Notes under the pieces: model-generated | Databases searched by the model: none | What the model was told of the DNA's origin: nothing | Seen by the model: the letters and a program-made list of their open reading frames with translations, nothing else | Program-made: the position numbers and the translations under genes | Assembly (NCBI RefSeq): GCF_001194135.2 | Contig: NC_068981.1 | Coordinates: 92,993,114-93,057,113, forward strand | Direction of reading: 5' to 3' | Origin: Octopus bimaculoides | Taxonomy: Eukaryota | Length of the DNA: 64,000 nt | In this document: positions 39,652 through 52,520 of the stretch, one piece after another | Layout of the letters: each line of letters starts with the position of its first letter | How positions within the stretch are numbered: position 1 is the stretch's first letter

Positions 39652-40062
39652 NNNNNNNNNNNNNNNNNNNNNNNNNNNNNNNNNNNNNNNNNNNNNNNNN
39701 NNNNNNNNNNNNNNNNNNNNNNNNNNNNCCCAACACCATGGTTTCAGATTCAGTCCTTCAGTACCAGTACGTGATACTTTGGGCAAGTGTTTTCTATTAC
39801 AACCTCGAGCCGATAAAAGCCTTGTGAGTGGACTTGGTAGAGGGAAACTGAAAGAAGTTTGTCGTATATATATATATATTTTTCCCCACCCTACTGGTGA
39901 CAACCGGTGTTGGTGTGTCTTTATGTCCCCGTATCCTAGTGGCTTCTTAAAATAGAACAATAGAATAAGTACCCAGCTTTAAGAAACTACTTTGGTCAAT
40001 GTATTCGACTAAATTCCTTCAAGGCATTGCCCCAACATGGTTGGGAAACAAGTAAAAGAAAA
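39345..40062 (+). mobile_element. Two SINE family B copies flanking a microsatellite/gap (~39345-39520 and ~39729-40062)
   Basis: Two heads (ggttacaggttcag.. and ggtttcagattcagtcc..), each followed by gggcaagtg/gggtaaatg and ggtagacgg/ggtagaggg. Confidence 0.75.
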
Positions 40063-40167
40063 CGAAGGCAATTCCTACTATAACAATTCTGGCTATTCGT
40101 TTTTAAGTGTAGCGAAGGTAGACCACATTAATGTATGATATCCTCTCCAATTTTATAGCGGTATTGT

Positions 40168-40363
40168 CAGTGCCGGATTTACCACCGTGCTTAGGTGTGC
40201 TTAAGCATAGGGTCTCGTTGACCAGACCGAGGGGCATCTTCCTGCCCCCCCCCCCACGCAATATTGTACGATGAATTTCCTGAGCATGTATGTCTAACAG
40301 TCCATGTAAGCGGCCTCGTAACTAAACTAGCACAGGGACTCATTTGTCCTAAATCCGGCACTG
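40168..40363. mobile_element. hAT-family MITE, 196 bp, intact ends
   Basis: Perfect 14-bp TIRs cagtgccggattta / taaatccggcactg and a perfect 8-bp TSD GGTATTGT (40160-40167 and 40364-40371). Confidence 0.92.
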
Positions 40364-40953
40364 GGTATTGTGCAATTTGAGAAAGATTTGGTATCTATTT
40401 CAAGCAAGCCAAACCTGAACGGAAGAGAGGACGGATGTTGCATCGATTTTGCAGTAGTGAGATGATGATATGCATGAATAAAGACTGAATTGGAAGAGGA
40501 TCTATAGTTTGGGAATTTTGGGAGAATTTGATGCATCATTAAAGGGCATGGGATATTAGTATGTTTAATCTAAATTTAATTACAAATAACTATAAATAAA
40601 GACGTGTGAATGTGTACATACATGTATTTGTGTATATAATTATATGATACTAAATGTGATATAAATTTGTAATCAAAGTCAGATGCAGACATATTGCCTT
40701 CGTAATATTCGTTGATCTGTGAAATAAAAAAATTACTGATAGAAAATATGCAAGAATATTGCCTGTAATTTATACTATTTTTCATAAATTCCTTTACGTT
40801 AAATACACTTCTTGGCCAACGTATAAATTAATTATTTTTGATAAGCTAGCTATAAACTGGTTTCTTTTTGCATGAATCCGCAGAGATATCTTCTCTGAAA
40901 TACATAGATATATGCATTCAAATAGGTGTGGGTGTGTGTATGTGTGAGTGTGT

Positions 40954-40986
<33 letters not shown>

Positions 40987-42183
40987 NNNNNNNNNNNNNN
41001 NNNNNNNNNNNNNNNNNNNNNNNNNNNNNNNNNNNNNNNNNNNNNNNNNNNNNNNNNNNNNNNNNNNNNNNNNNNNNNNNNNNNNNNNNNNNNNNNNNNN
41101 NNNNNNNNNNNNNNNNNNNNNNNNNNNNNNNNNNNNNNNNNNNNNNNNNNNNNNNNNNNNNNNNNNNNNNNNNNNNNNNNNNNNNNNNNNNNNNNNNNNN
41201 NNNNNNNNNNNNNNNNNNNNNNNNNNNNNNNNNNNNNNNNNNNNNNNNNNNNNNNNNNNNNNNNNNNNNNNNNNNNNNNNNNNNNNNNNNNNNNNNNNNN
41301 NNNNNNNNNNNNNNNNNNNNNNNNNNNNNNNNNNNNNNNNNNNNNNNNNNNNNNNNNNNNNNNNNNNNNNNNNNNNNNNNNNNNNNNNNNNNNNNNNNNN
41401 NNNNNNNNNNNNNNNNNNNNNNNNNNNNNNNNNNNNNNNNNNNNNNNNNNNNNNNNNNNNNNNNNNNNNNNNNNNNNNNNNNNNNNNNNNNNNNNNNNNN
41501 NNNNNNNNNNNNNNNNNNNNNNNNNNNNNNNNNNNNNNNNNNNNNNNNNNNNNNNNNNNNNNNNNNNNNNNNNNNNNNNNNNNNNNNNNNNNNNNNNNNN
41601 NNNNNNNNNNNNNNNNNNNNNNNNNNNNNNNNNNNNNNNNNNNNNNNNNNNNNNNNNNNNNNNNNNNNNNNNNNNNNNNNNNNNNNNNNNNNNNNNNNNN
41701 NNNNNNNNNNNNNNNNNNNNNNNNNNNNNNNNNNNNNNNNNNNNNNNNNNNNNNNNNNNNNNNNNNNNNNNNNNNNNNNNNNNGGGGAGAGGGGAGAGAG
41801 GGGAGATAGGGAGTGGAGAGAGAGGGGGAGAGAGAGGGAGAGAGAGAGAGAAATAAAGAGTGTGTGTGTGTGCGAGAATGACAGAAATAGAGGAATATGC
41901 AGACAGTGTTAATAAAAGAAACGATTTTTACGGCACAGATTATTCCTTTGTTGAATCACTTAAGGAGGAGTCAATGAAATGTATGATCGTTCTGCTCTCA
42001 GTTAATTATTTACAGATAGAAATCTTGATTGTACACGCTAATGAAAAATATTTGTCTGTTTTCTTGCCGCATAATCTTCATTCAAAATTTTACTTTATCT
42101 AGAGTGTTTAGTAAATCATGAACCACTACAGCGAGCCAGTTTACACAAATATAAATGATATATATTGTTTTGTTTCTTTCCAG

Positions 42184-42272
42184 ATCTACTGACGGAGGCG
42201 TTAAATATTCTGAGGCAGATAAATAATAATTGTATGCAATCATTGCCAGATGGCTGCATAAGGGCTTACTGA
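42184..42272 (+). CDS. Candidate terminal coding exon of an unidentified gene: (D)LLTEALNILRQINNNCMQSLPDGCIRAY*
   Basis: Strong acceptor ttgttttgtttctttccag|, 28 open codons to TGA 42270-42272, more GC-balanced than the flanks, AATAAA at 42462. Confidence 0.35.
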
Positions 42273-43782
42273 TATGTTATATTTAGCGTTGGACAACACT
42301 ATTTAGAGCAAGGATATATTATTCAGCCACCAAAACGTGTTTGCTCACTTTATTCCTGCCGACAGGGTTGAAAATGTTATTTGTTAATCGATATTACGTG
42401 TTCCTTTTAATCAAGCACTGAACATATTGATTTTCAAAACTTACTGTTTTACTGCAATGTCAATAAAAATTTATAGCCGTGAAAGAAAGCCATATTATTA
42501 ATACCCTTTATTATATTTGCATATAATTAAGCTTTCTTGTTATATAGTCATTTATTTTATAATTTCCTGCATTATTCAACTTTTAGTTTTCATTAACGAA
42601 ATTGACACGGTAAGCTAAAACGCTCTGTCTGTATTATTTGCTATTTAAATTATATTAATTCAAAGACGCTGAAGAGTTTAAGTTAATTAGAACCACAACT
42701 AACTCGGATAATTGATCTTTGCCTTTGGACGATTAACACCAGATTTTAGCAGCACACAAATTGGTTAATTATACAAGAAACGTATTGTGGACATAATCAA
42801 CGTAGCACTTTTATGCTTGATATATATGCAGGATATCAATATATAAACACCGTATAAAAATCTTAGAACATATAATTGAGCAGTGTTTCCGAAAAAAAAA
42901 TGACTGCAAATAGGCTAATTACATGTTGGAGACAATAGAGAACGAAAATCCGGGCATTAATTGAGAGATTGTCCATATATTTTTTATTTGTCCACTAACA
43001 TAGTTTATAAAATCACAATCAACAAACTATGGAGTAAGATACGCATGTTTCTTCTTATAATATTTATATGAATACAGATGATAATACATCTTTTAGTCTA
43101 AAACGAAAATGATATTTAATTTTCTAAGTGGCTATAATAAGGCCTATATTTTCCCCTAAAATATCACTTATTTCTTCTTGTACTTCAATGCCAATTGAAT
43201 GCAACACTTTATTGTCGAGAACAATATTGCTGTTCCAGCTCGTTTTAAAGAAATTCAGAACATCAGTCGCTTTTTGAGAGCATATAAACTCCTCGTGGGC
43301 ACAATCCATCAAAATACAATATGTTTACATTAATATCTTCTGATAAATTATAGGTACTATATTTGGTCGCACAAAATATTAGAAGGTTTCTATTATTTAG
43401 CTTAATATAAAATATGGTCTAAAAATTATCATTGATATGGTATGGATTTATTGATACTATTGCAACAGTTTTGTTCCCTCGACTTGTGATGCAGTCTGTT
43501 TCTGATATATATAATTAGAATTTATAGTCTAATTACAAAAAAAAAAAAATTTATGATTTACCCAAACAACAAAATAAGAAATAACTCTGGAATTTTCATT
43601 TTTGAAACTTATCTATTTAAACCGGTAATCATGAACAATTAAAAAAACGATCATCAACTAAATCATTATATCAACATTTTCACGTTTTACCAAAGGTTCT
43701 GATATAACTGAAAGAAGCGTAGGTGAAATCATTTGTTGTTGAAAATAATTGGGCATACTGAAAATACACGCACGCACACACA

Positions 43783-43825
<43 letters not shown>

Positions 43826-44289
43826 ATATAATGTCAGTTCGTTCACTTATGCTAACCCAATACAACTTATCGCACAGTTTGACCATCAGTGACTAAACAG
43901 GCAACCTCACCTCCTATGGGAGTACAGCAGTACAGAAAAAATGTGATTCGTCCCACACAAGCCGATGACTATACAAATCACTGTGTGGGTTTCCAAGGGG
44001 TTTGATTACTCCACTTCTTATCAAAATCATCCCAGAAAAGGAGAATAAAAGGGGGAGAAAGTAAAACTCTCCGGCTTTCATGCATCGAATACGAAAGAGT
44101 ACATACATTCATACATGCATACACGTGTAAGACAGATAGATACATAGATAGGTGTATANNNNNNNNNNNNNNNNNNNNNNNNNNNNNNNNNNNNNNNNNN
44201 NNNNNNNNNNNNNNNNNNNNNNNNNNNNNNNNNNNNNNNNNNNNNNNNNNNNNNNNNNNNNNNNNNNNNNNNNNNNNNNNNNNNATAAA

Positions 44290-44671
44290 CATTACGGCAC
44301 TCCGTCGGTTACGACGACAAGTGTTCCAGTTGATCCAATCAACGGAACAGCCTGCACGTGAAATTAACGTGCAAGTGGCTGAGCATTCTACAGATACGTG
44401 TACTCTTACCGTAGTTCTTGGGGAGATTCAGGCGTGACACAGAGTTTGACAAAGTTGGCCCTTTGAAATACAGGCAGATAAGAAACAGGAAGAAAGAGTG
44501 AGAGTAAGTTGAGGTGAAAGAGTACAGCAGGTTTTGCCACCGACCCCAGCCGGAGATTCTTGGAACTTGAAGTGTTTTCGCTTAATAAACACTCACAACG
44601 CTCGGTCTGGGAATCGAAACCGCGATCCTATGACCGCGAGTCCGCTTCCCTAACCACTGGGCCATTGTGCC
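44290..44671 (-). mobile_element. tRNA-derived SINE family C, full length
   Basis: Head on the minus strand ggcacaatggcccagtggttagggaagcggactcgcggtcataggatcgcggtttcgattccc. Confidence 0.9.
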
Positions 44672-44697
44672 TCTACAAACACGCACACACACACACG

Positions 44698-44729
<32 letters not shown>

Positions 44730-45077
44730 ATGATTTGTAAAAGTAAGATGCAAGGATCCAGGTGTAGGGAGTTAGTAAGCTTCGAGCAGTCTGTAGAAGG
44801 GATACAAACAACGTTCAGGAACAATAGTGTTTTATTGACGTAGATGGTTGTAAATTTTTCCCATATCGAAGATCGATGAAATGAAAAAAGTTTATAGTTC
44901 ATGGTTAGCAACCAGCGTTGCTATGTATGCGAATAAAAATCTAAATTGAGGGAATGGAGCAGGTAAAAATCCAGGTTACACATGTTTCCTAGTTAGCAGA
45001 ATTGCTCAACGAGAGATACACAACTAGCTACTTATCAAACTGAAGATACCGTAGTTAAATGAATATCAAGGGATATT

Positions 45078-45735
45078 CTTTACTCTTTTACTCTTTTACT
45101 TGTTTCAGTCATTTGACTGTGGCCATGCTGGAGCTCCGCCTTTAGTCGAGCAAATCGACCCCAGGACTTATTCTTTTTAAGCCTAGTACTTATCCTATCG
45201 GTTTCTTTTGCCCAACCGCTAAGTTACGGGGACGTAAACACACCAGCACCGGTTGTCAAGCGATGTTGGGGGGGGGACAAACACAGACAAACAAACATAT
45301 ACGCACACATACATATATATATACATATATACGACGGGATTCTTTCAGTTACCGTCTATGAAATCCACTNNNNNNNNNNNNNNNNNNNNNNNNNNNNNNN
45401 NNNNNNNNNNNNNNNNNNNNNNNNNNNNNNNNNNNNNNNNNNNNNNNNNNNNNNNNNNNNNNNNNNNNNNNNNNNNNNNNNNNNNNNNNNNNNNNNNNNN
45501 NNNNNNNNNGGGGGGGGGGGACAAACACAGACAAACAAACATATACGCACACATACATATATATATACATATATACGACGGGATTCTTTCAGTTACCGTC
45601 TATGAAATCCACTCACAAAGCTTTGGTCGGCCCGAGGCTATAGTAGAAGACACTTGCCCAAGGTGCCACGCAGTGGGACTGAACCCGGAGCCATGTGGTT
45701 GGTAAGCAAGCGACTTACCACATAACCACAACTTG
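45078..45735 (-). mobile_element. SINE family B, full length (interrupted by a gap with duplicated flanks)
   Basis: Head ...ccgggttcagtcccactgcgtggcaccttgggcaagtgtc; tail (aaaagagt)n. Confidence 0.9.
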
Positions 45736-46449
45736 CAGTGCAAACCACCGAGTAGGAGAACGAATAAAACAGAAAAGCATATGTGTAAAGATATAAGATA
45801 TGGGATTGGGCAAATACCAAATTTATTAAGAAAAAGAATAAGAATAAAGAGAAGGAGAGGGGGAAGAGCAGGGGTAAATTTGATAAGATTGAAGCTGGCT
45901 AGGAGAAGGTCTTCGTGAATATAAACTGGGGTCATTTACTATGTCCACTAAAAATAGATAAATCAATATACTGTGACACCCGTGTACATATTTTTAAAGA
46001 GAATCAAAGTAAAATAAAGAAGAATCTTAGACGTAAGAATTGCAGGAAGAGAAGAAAAAGAAAAAAATTAGGAGTGGTAGTAAGTTGGAATTTGTTAGGA
46101 GATTAGGGGGAGTAAAAGAGGGAGGTTACAGATTATCTTCCTGGTCAACAAGGGAACATAGTAGTTCTAGGTAAATTGATAATTTATCACTTAATAGTAA
46201 AGCTATACAAAACACATATTAGCGCGCATGCGCGTATTTTCTCTATGCACATGTTGTATCTTGTACATGTGCATACACATCTAGACGCCTGCATATGCTC
46301 CTGTGCAGAAGAAGATCACGAGGTTAAGAAAAAATATAAAATATACAAAAATATAAAGGTAGTTAATAGGTTACGTTATAAATGCATACAAGGGCTGCAA
46401 ATGCGAAGGAGGGATAGTCAGGGAATCAAAGCGTGGGACCTATCATTGG

Positions 46450-48870
46450 TACTTCGACAATGTGTGGCATAACTGGTGTTTACAATTAAAAATTGGATAG
46501 TTTCATTCATTCAGAAAATTGTTGTGTTGCATAAAAGAAAAGAGTTTGGTTATGCTCAGATGGCATTTGTTGCTATAACCGTTATACGGTTTCGCATGGG
46601 TAACTGTGGACCAGTTTCAATTATATGGAATTGGGTCTTGCTTTAGGTTATGAATTAGCCAAGATAATGAAGTGCTTGCTTGGGATTTCAAGCTAGAATA
46701 ATGATTATCCACTCTGACTTTGAAGGTGGTACTGCACATGTCGATGTAGACATAACTGGATTTCTCAGCTGATACCATACATTTGCATACAATATTTTTT
46801 GTGAGACATCTATTATTCTAAGGACAGGAGGTGGGGCGTCTACAGCTGTGTAGGATTCTAGAAGGTGCTAAATATGATTTTACGGGGTTATTGTCATCTA
46901 TGGTTATCCTGGCGTTATATTCATTGTCCACCATGGTGTTAGGATTGGTATGTTTTAGGGTAGTGAGGGTGTCGTTTGGGGAATATAGTTAATAATAGTT
47001 CTCTATTATTCTTTATTTCGGTAGTAGGTATAACGGGCTTGTAAGGTAAGTAGATGGTAATTGGATGAGGAATAGAATTAGGGTAGGTAGTGTGAGGAAC
47101 AGTACCGGTAAGGAGGTTTAAGGATGTTCTAGGTTTATTAGTGGTGATCTGGGTATGGAGTTTAGGGCGAGTTTTGTTACTGAGATTACAGTTAACTAAT
47201 TGCTGGTTCCCAAGTTTCTATTGTTCAGACGTTGGATTATGCCGAAAATGTTAGTTGTGGTGCAGTAGGAAAATTTAATCGATTGGGGTTTGAAGATTTT
47301 TCTAAAAGAACTGGACTTGTGAAAATGACTATCAAGTAGAGAAAAGAACAGCTTGGGTACTCTGATTGAAACACTTAGGGCAATGGGGTGGAACCAGATA
47401 ACGTCTTGTGTCCTGGTCCGTTCATTCTGGTTTAGGGCGTTACCCGAGTATAACTTGGGATATGGAGCTGCGCGGTGGTGTGGATCTCGATGAGCAGTGG
47501 CGGATTTCGGATCCAGGATGACAAAGTTGGAAGAGTGCCTATTAGGTTTGCTACCACGGTTAAATTTGGAGGTAGAGGAGGACGGTGGAATATGGGGGAT
47601 ACTTTGTGCTTTATCTAAAGGAGAAGATGTATCCGTGGTGCCGGGTTTAATGGAAGAGGATCACTCCGGATAGGAATATATTCGACTGGATTCGTATGTC
47701 ACGCGCGTTCTAGGGCGCAGTTATAATATTCAGCGTATTGCTCGAATATTTCTTTAATGGCAGATAGGGATGAGATCCTGGAAGATACGCTGTCCACGAT
47801 GCATTTTAGGACATATGGGGGAGGTGAGGATTATAGGAAAAGTTAACATAACTAAGGTTCTCACCGTGTTTATGGTACGGGTAGAATGTGTTACTTTATA
47901 AATCTGGAGTGACATCTAGGAAATTAGATTTTTAATACTGTAACTGAAAGAGACGCTAAGTCCCATGTTTAAAAAAAATATATCCGATTATTTTCGTAAG
48001 TTGTATTTCGCGGTTATTGGAGTTCTGGATCGCAAATAGAGCGTCGTCCCTATATAGACCACCAGAAATAGTAGGGTATTTGTCCCGGAGAATATAGAGC
48101 AGGTAACAGCCAACGAGATCGCTAACTTGAACCGACTCACTCGCCCTCAGTGGATGTCGAAACAGTCAAGGTGGCCTTTCCGAGCCCAATATTTTCCATT
48201 GAATGTTATAATAGTTCGACAGACTGCCAGGGGAATATCAATATCATCTCGAGTAAGGTTAGAATGTTTCATTGCAAATATGAGAGCGTTGTTAAGAATG
48301 ATAGGAAATACACTGGAATAATACTGGTCTATATCTACCTGAATTAATTTATATATATATATCTTTGAGGCTTAAGGATTTAAACCATTGGATGACATCA
48401 GTAGTGTTAGTCCATAGGTTTAGTGTAATCTTAACATGGAATTGAAGTAGAACGCTATCTAATATAACTTTGCTAATCGTACCTATATCAGAGCTTGAGA
48501 GGCAGATGAGGTGAATGGAAGGGTTCGCAGCAAAAGTTTCCTTATGGTCCTTTAAGTTAATATGAAGTGGGCGAGGTATGGAAAGTTCAGTTCTATCTTC
48601 TGAACTAAGTTTGAAAACGTGATCACGAATCTTGAGGTTGATATCCCTCAGGGCAGAGTCTGGTACAATCTGGTAGTCCTTGTGCAGTTGCTTAAGTATC
48701 AATTCCCGGTATGTATCCAGAGGTACATACCCGGAATTGATATATATTTTGCCGGTCTTGTCTGCATGGACGAAGATCTCTAGATATTTTCGAAGTTTCC
48801 TGATTATATCGTCAATCTTAGGTGAAGACGTTTCTGCTGTTTCACATCTCTTTGCCTGTCTTTTATGCAA
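46450..48870 (-). mobile_element. Penelope-like retroelement, long decayed copy (RT, thumb, linker, Cys-rich GIY-YIG)
   Basis: ADKT, LKDHKETFAANP, WTNTTDVIQWF, GGLYRDD (48043-48063), NFLDVT, IWFHP (47385-47399), CRRPTSCP*NNRCLTKNIV (~46790-46844), YVYIDM, KPYNGYSNKCHL. Confidence 0.9.
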
Positions 48871-49099
48871 TAAACGAAAGACAAAAATCTAACTTTTTTT
48901 TGTGAAATGTATTTCAGGTTGTTGTCAGCAAAGTTTTATGTTCCTTTCCATAGAGTGATTCACAATTTACGGCAAAATTTCTTAACGCTAGTAATCTGAA
49001 TAGCGAGCTACAACTACCAAAACGTACTCTAAATCGAAATAAACGAAACGGAGATTGAAAACAGGTAGATTATGACACGTCATCTAAGATGACACATCT

Positions 49100-49208
49100 G
49101 CAACTATGATGCACCACAGTAACTCACCCGCGAGGCAGCTATGTTGCGCCCCAGCATCTCACTTGCGACGCAGCTATGATGCACCACAGCATCTCACACG
49201 CAAGGCAG
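49100..49208 (+). repeat. 35-bp minisatellite, 3 units plus a partial unit
   Basis: Units start at 49100, 49135 and 49170; consensus gcagctatgatgcaccacagcatctcacNNgcgag. Confidence 0.85.
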
Positions 49209-49291
49209 TAGGACACTATGGGCCGAAATGATCATGGTGAATAATAAAGAATTTCGTGAGATCCATTTTCTTTTTCTTATATTTCATAAGC

Positions 49292-49332
<41 letters not shown>

Positions 49333-49526
49333 NNNNNNNNNNNNNNNNNNNNNNNNNNNNNNNNNNNNNNNNNNNNNNNNNNNNNNNNNNNNNNNNNNNN
49401 NNNNNNNNNNNNNNNNNNNNNNNNNNNNNNNNNNNNNNNNNNNNNNNNNNNNNNNNNNNNNNNNNNNNNNNNNNNNNNNNNNNNNNNNNNNNNNNNNNNN
49501 NNNNNNNNNNNNNNNNNNNNNNNNNN

Positions 49527-49573
<47 letters not shown>

Positions 49574-50522
49574 TATATATATATGTATATATACATATAT
49601 AGTACGCACACACGCACACACATATAGCTTTAGGTGTGTATGTCTTTGTGTGTGTCTGCGTTTGCGTGCGCGTGCGTGTATCAATATAGGTATGCATGTA
49701 CGTATATACGTACGTATGTATACGTATAAAATTGTATTTAGTGTGAAGTGAGTCTCGTAAACAGCAATAAATATATTGTATTCACGCATTAGAATCTCGT
49801 TATTATAAAATTTCAATGGCTACTCCTGTTACAATAGCTACAGTGTCTGTAAACAGACTGATTTCATTCTATCATTTTAAATTGTTCATTCGCATCCGGA
49901 AATGTACATTTTGAAGATGTCTCTTAATTTTTGACGTCCCTATAGTTAAATGCAAATATAAACATGCACGAACACAAGACACAGCACGTTTTCCAATATC
50001 TCTACATGCTTGATTGCCTAATAGTCGAACGATTTTAAAATATATCCGAAAATTTTATCATGTTGAATATGTGGTATTGAATTACATTTGGAATTTCAAT
50101 TGACTTCCGAGCAATCTAAAAAGATCTCGATTTTTTTGTTGTTTATGTTTTTTCCTTTCAATACATGTGTAACAAAAAACGTTGTAGTTGTGACGTTTCA
50201 TTGTAATTCTGTCTCAAGGGTTAACCTAAATAGTTTCCATTTCCTATAAGATCATGTTAAAATACCTTGACATATCTGATAATGCAACATTTGTTCTGTC
50301 TTCAAGTTGTTGTTTTAGGGTATAATGACATTATGCTTTAGCAACTACTATCACAAACTATAACGGATTTCTTGTCACTTGTTATGCGCTACAATTTTAA
50401 TCTACGAAATAACTCATACAAATAAAATAGATTCTGAAAAATCAATGCAAAATGCAAGATGATTTGCGAATGTATCTATTGACTCTTAGAGGACAATGAC
50501 ATTAATATCTTAACACATTATA

Positions 50523-50732
50523 GGCGCCGAGTTGGCAAGACAGTTACCACACCGGGAAGACTGCTTCGCGACTCTTTGTCCATCTTTACCTTTTGAGTTT
50601 AAATTCTTCTGGGGTCGACTTTGCTTTCATCATTTAGGGGTCCATATAATAAGTAGCAGACGAGTACTGAGGTCGATATAATCGACTTAACCCCTCGCCG
50701 AAATTCCTGGCCTTCTGCCAAAATGTGAAACT
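50523..50732 (+). mobile_element. SINE family A
   Basis: ggcgccgagttggc...ggggtcgactttgctttcatc...gaggtcgatataatcgact...ggccttctgccaaaatgtgaaac. Confidence 0.8.
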
Positions 50733-51078
50733 AACCGATACACTTTGAGCAGCAGCGTCCTTACACGTTTTGACTTATATTTCAATCAAATTCAAATAAA
50801 CAGATTCAGTATTTCAATATGATTGAAGATGTGTGAGCGCCATGACAGTGAGTATTCTGCTTCTATTAGTGATATATTGGTATTGTATTGATTATTTTCA
50901 AACTTCGTATTTATGCAGTGAATTGAAAAGAGACAAAGAAAATCAAGCCAATTTTCAAGGGAAGATGTATATTCTACTAATATATAACGAGACGTAATAT
51001 ATATTTTGTATTATATTTAATGGATGATTTAAAATATTTAAGCGAAACACTCATACCTTCATACATACCTATATACGT

Positions 51079-51122
<44 letters not shown>

Positions 51123-52004
51123 ATATGTAAACGCATGCAATATAACCACCCCTTAACTATACTCACTTCCTGACACGCATATACATTTATCCTTACATCT
51201 ATACACCACCCGCTTCCCTCTACATAACTGTCCTTAACAGAATACCAAACTGGTTTCTAAACCTTCTCCGATTTTAGAATTGTTATCGTTATTTTGAATT
51301 GAAGCCAAGTCAGTTCAAAGATTATCAAAGCGTTAGTACAGCATGGCCGTAGCCAATGATTGAAACAACTGAAAGAAAAGAAGGCAAAACAAATAGCTTA
51401 GATAAAATATATTACATTTTTATCAAATATCATATAAGATGCTTTCTCTCAATCTAGACGCATGCATTGTTCTTTAGAATAATTCGAAATATAAAATAAT
51501 ATACTTACTACTTACTGACAAGTAAACAATCTCGTTATACTACTTATTTTTTATGTTGCCATAGAGAAAATTGTATTAGTCTGAATTTTCTCGGATTTCG
51601 TTAGAGTCTATGCGGCGAAACATCATAAATCATTTGTGAAAAGAAAGATTTGCAGCATATAGGTATTTACAATGTACTTACCCTCGCAGAGAAATAATTA
51701 TTTTTGTTTAATTTGTGTAACTTTGAAAGTACTGACAATACGGATTAATTAGTATATATTACATTACCCAGTGTAATGGTATGTCGTTTAAATGATATAC
51801 CAATATAAGGTATGTCATTTAAAAATCATACAGTTTAAGCTTTCTGTGAAAAGTAAACGGCAACTTTATAATATAGGCTTTTACTTACATACGACAAAAA
51901 AAAATTGGGTGAATATAATTATATTCTGTTCGATTTAGGAATTTATAGCACTAAGAGTACACAACTTTCACCGAAAAAAGAAAGTAGTAGTACAGATCTA
52001 ATTA

Positions 52005-52095
52005 AAATGTCGAGCCGAAGACTCATAAGTGGATTCCGTAGAGAGAAACTGAAAGAAGACCGTCATATTGTGTGTATGTGTGTGTGCGTGTGTGT

Positions 52096-52174
<79 letters not shown>

Positions 52175-52290
52175 TTCGAGTGTATTTGTCCACCAAATCT
52201 TAAACAACTGGTGTTGGTGTATTTACGTCCCAGTAACTTAATTTTATCGAACAAGCGTTCAATAGAGTAAGTACTAGGTTTTAAAAAAAT
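52005..52290 (+). mobile_element. SINE family B fragment with an internal ~100-bp (TG)n
   Basis: gtggattccgtagagagaaactgaaagaagaccgtc...aacaactggtgttggtgt...atagagtaagtactagg. Confidence 0.8.
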
Positions 52291-52520
52291 ACTAAGGTTG
52301 GATCGTTCGTCTAGATACGAGGTGATATCAAAACGTTAACGGACGAGTTCTATAGCGCGCCAAAGGAAGGGTGTGCAGTGAGAGCTAGCAATAACCTTTA
52401 TGAAGTAGTGTGTTGAGTGACGTCGCCCTGTTTACTTCTCAAGTTGTGAAATGTGTGTATGTGATCACGTGTATGCTGTTGTCTGCGATCTTTTTTCATG
52501 GATAGTAATTTCAAAAAACA

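Noticed and set aside
43124-43312. 62-aa minus-strand ORF with protein-like composition (MDCAHEEF...)
   Set aside because: No recognisable motif, an in-frame stop just upstream and no convincing splice acceptor; compatible with chance in AT-rich DNA.
44730-44960. Possible PLE RT fragment on the minus strand (YKLFSF..FDM.K.Y)
   Set aside because: Only one short frameshifted motif; too weak to annotate.
45270-45610. Exact ~95-bp tandem duplication inside a SINE
   Set aside because: The two copies flank an N-gap and are identical, so this is most likely an unmerged contig overlap.
48820-48850. gaaacgtcttcacc on the minus strand, also present at ~58768-58783
   Set aside because: It resembles the 3' half of a minimal hammerhead, but no core or matching stem I strand is found upstream in either copy.
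49100-49208. CRISPR-like regular repeat
   Set aside because: The units are contiguous with no unique spacers, in eukaryotic DNA with no cas genes.
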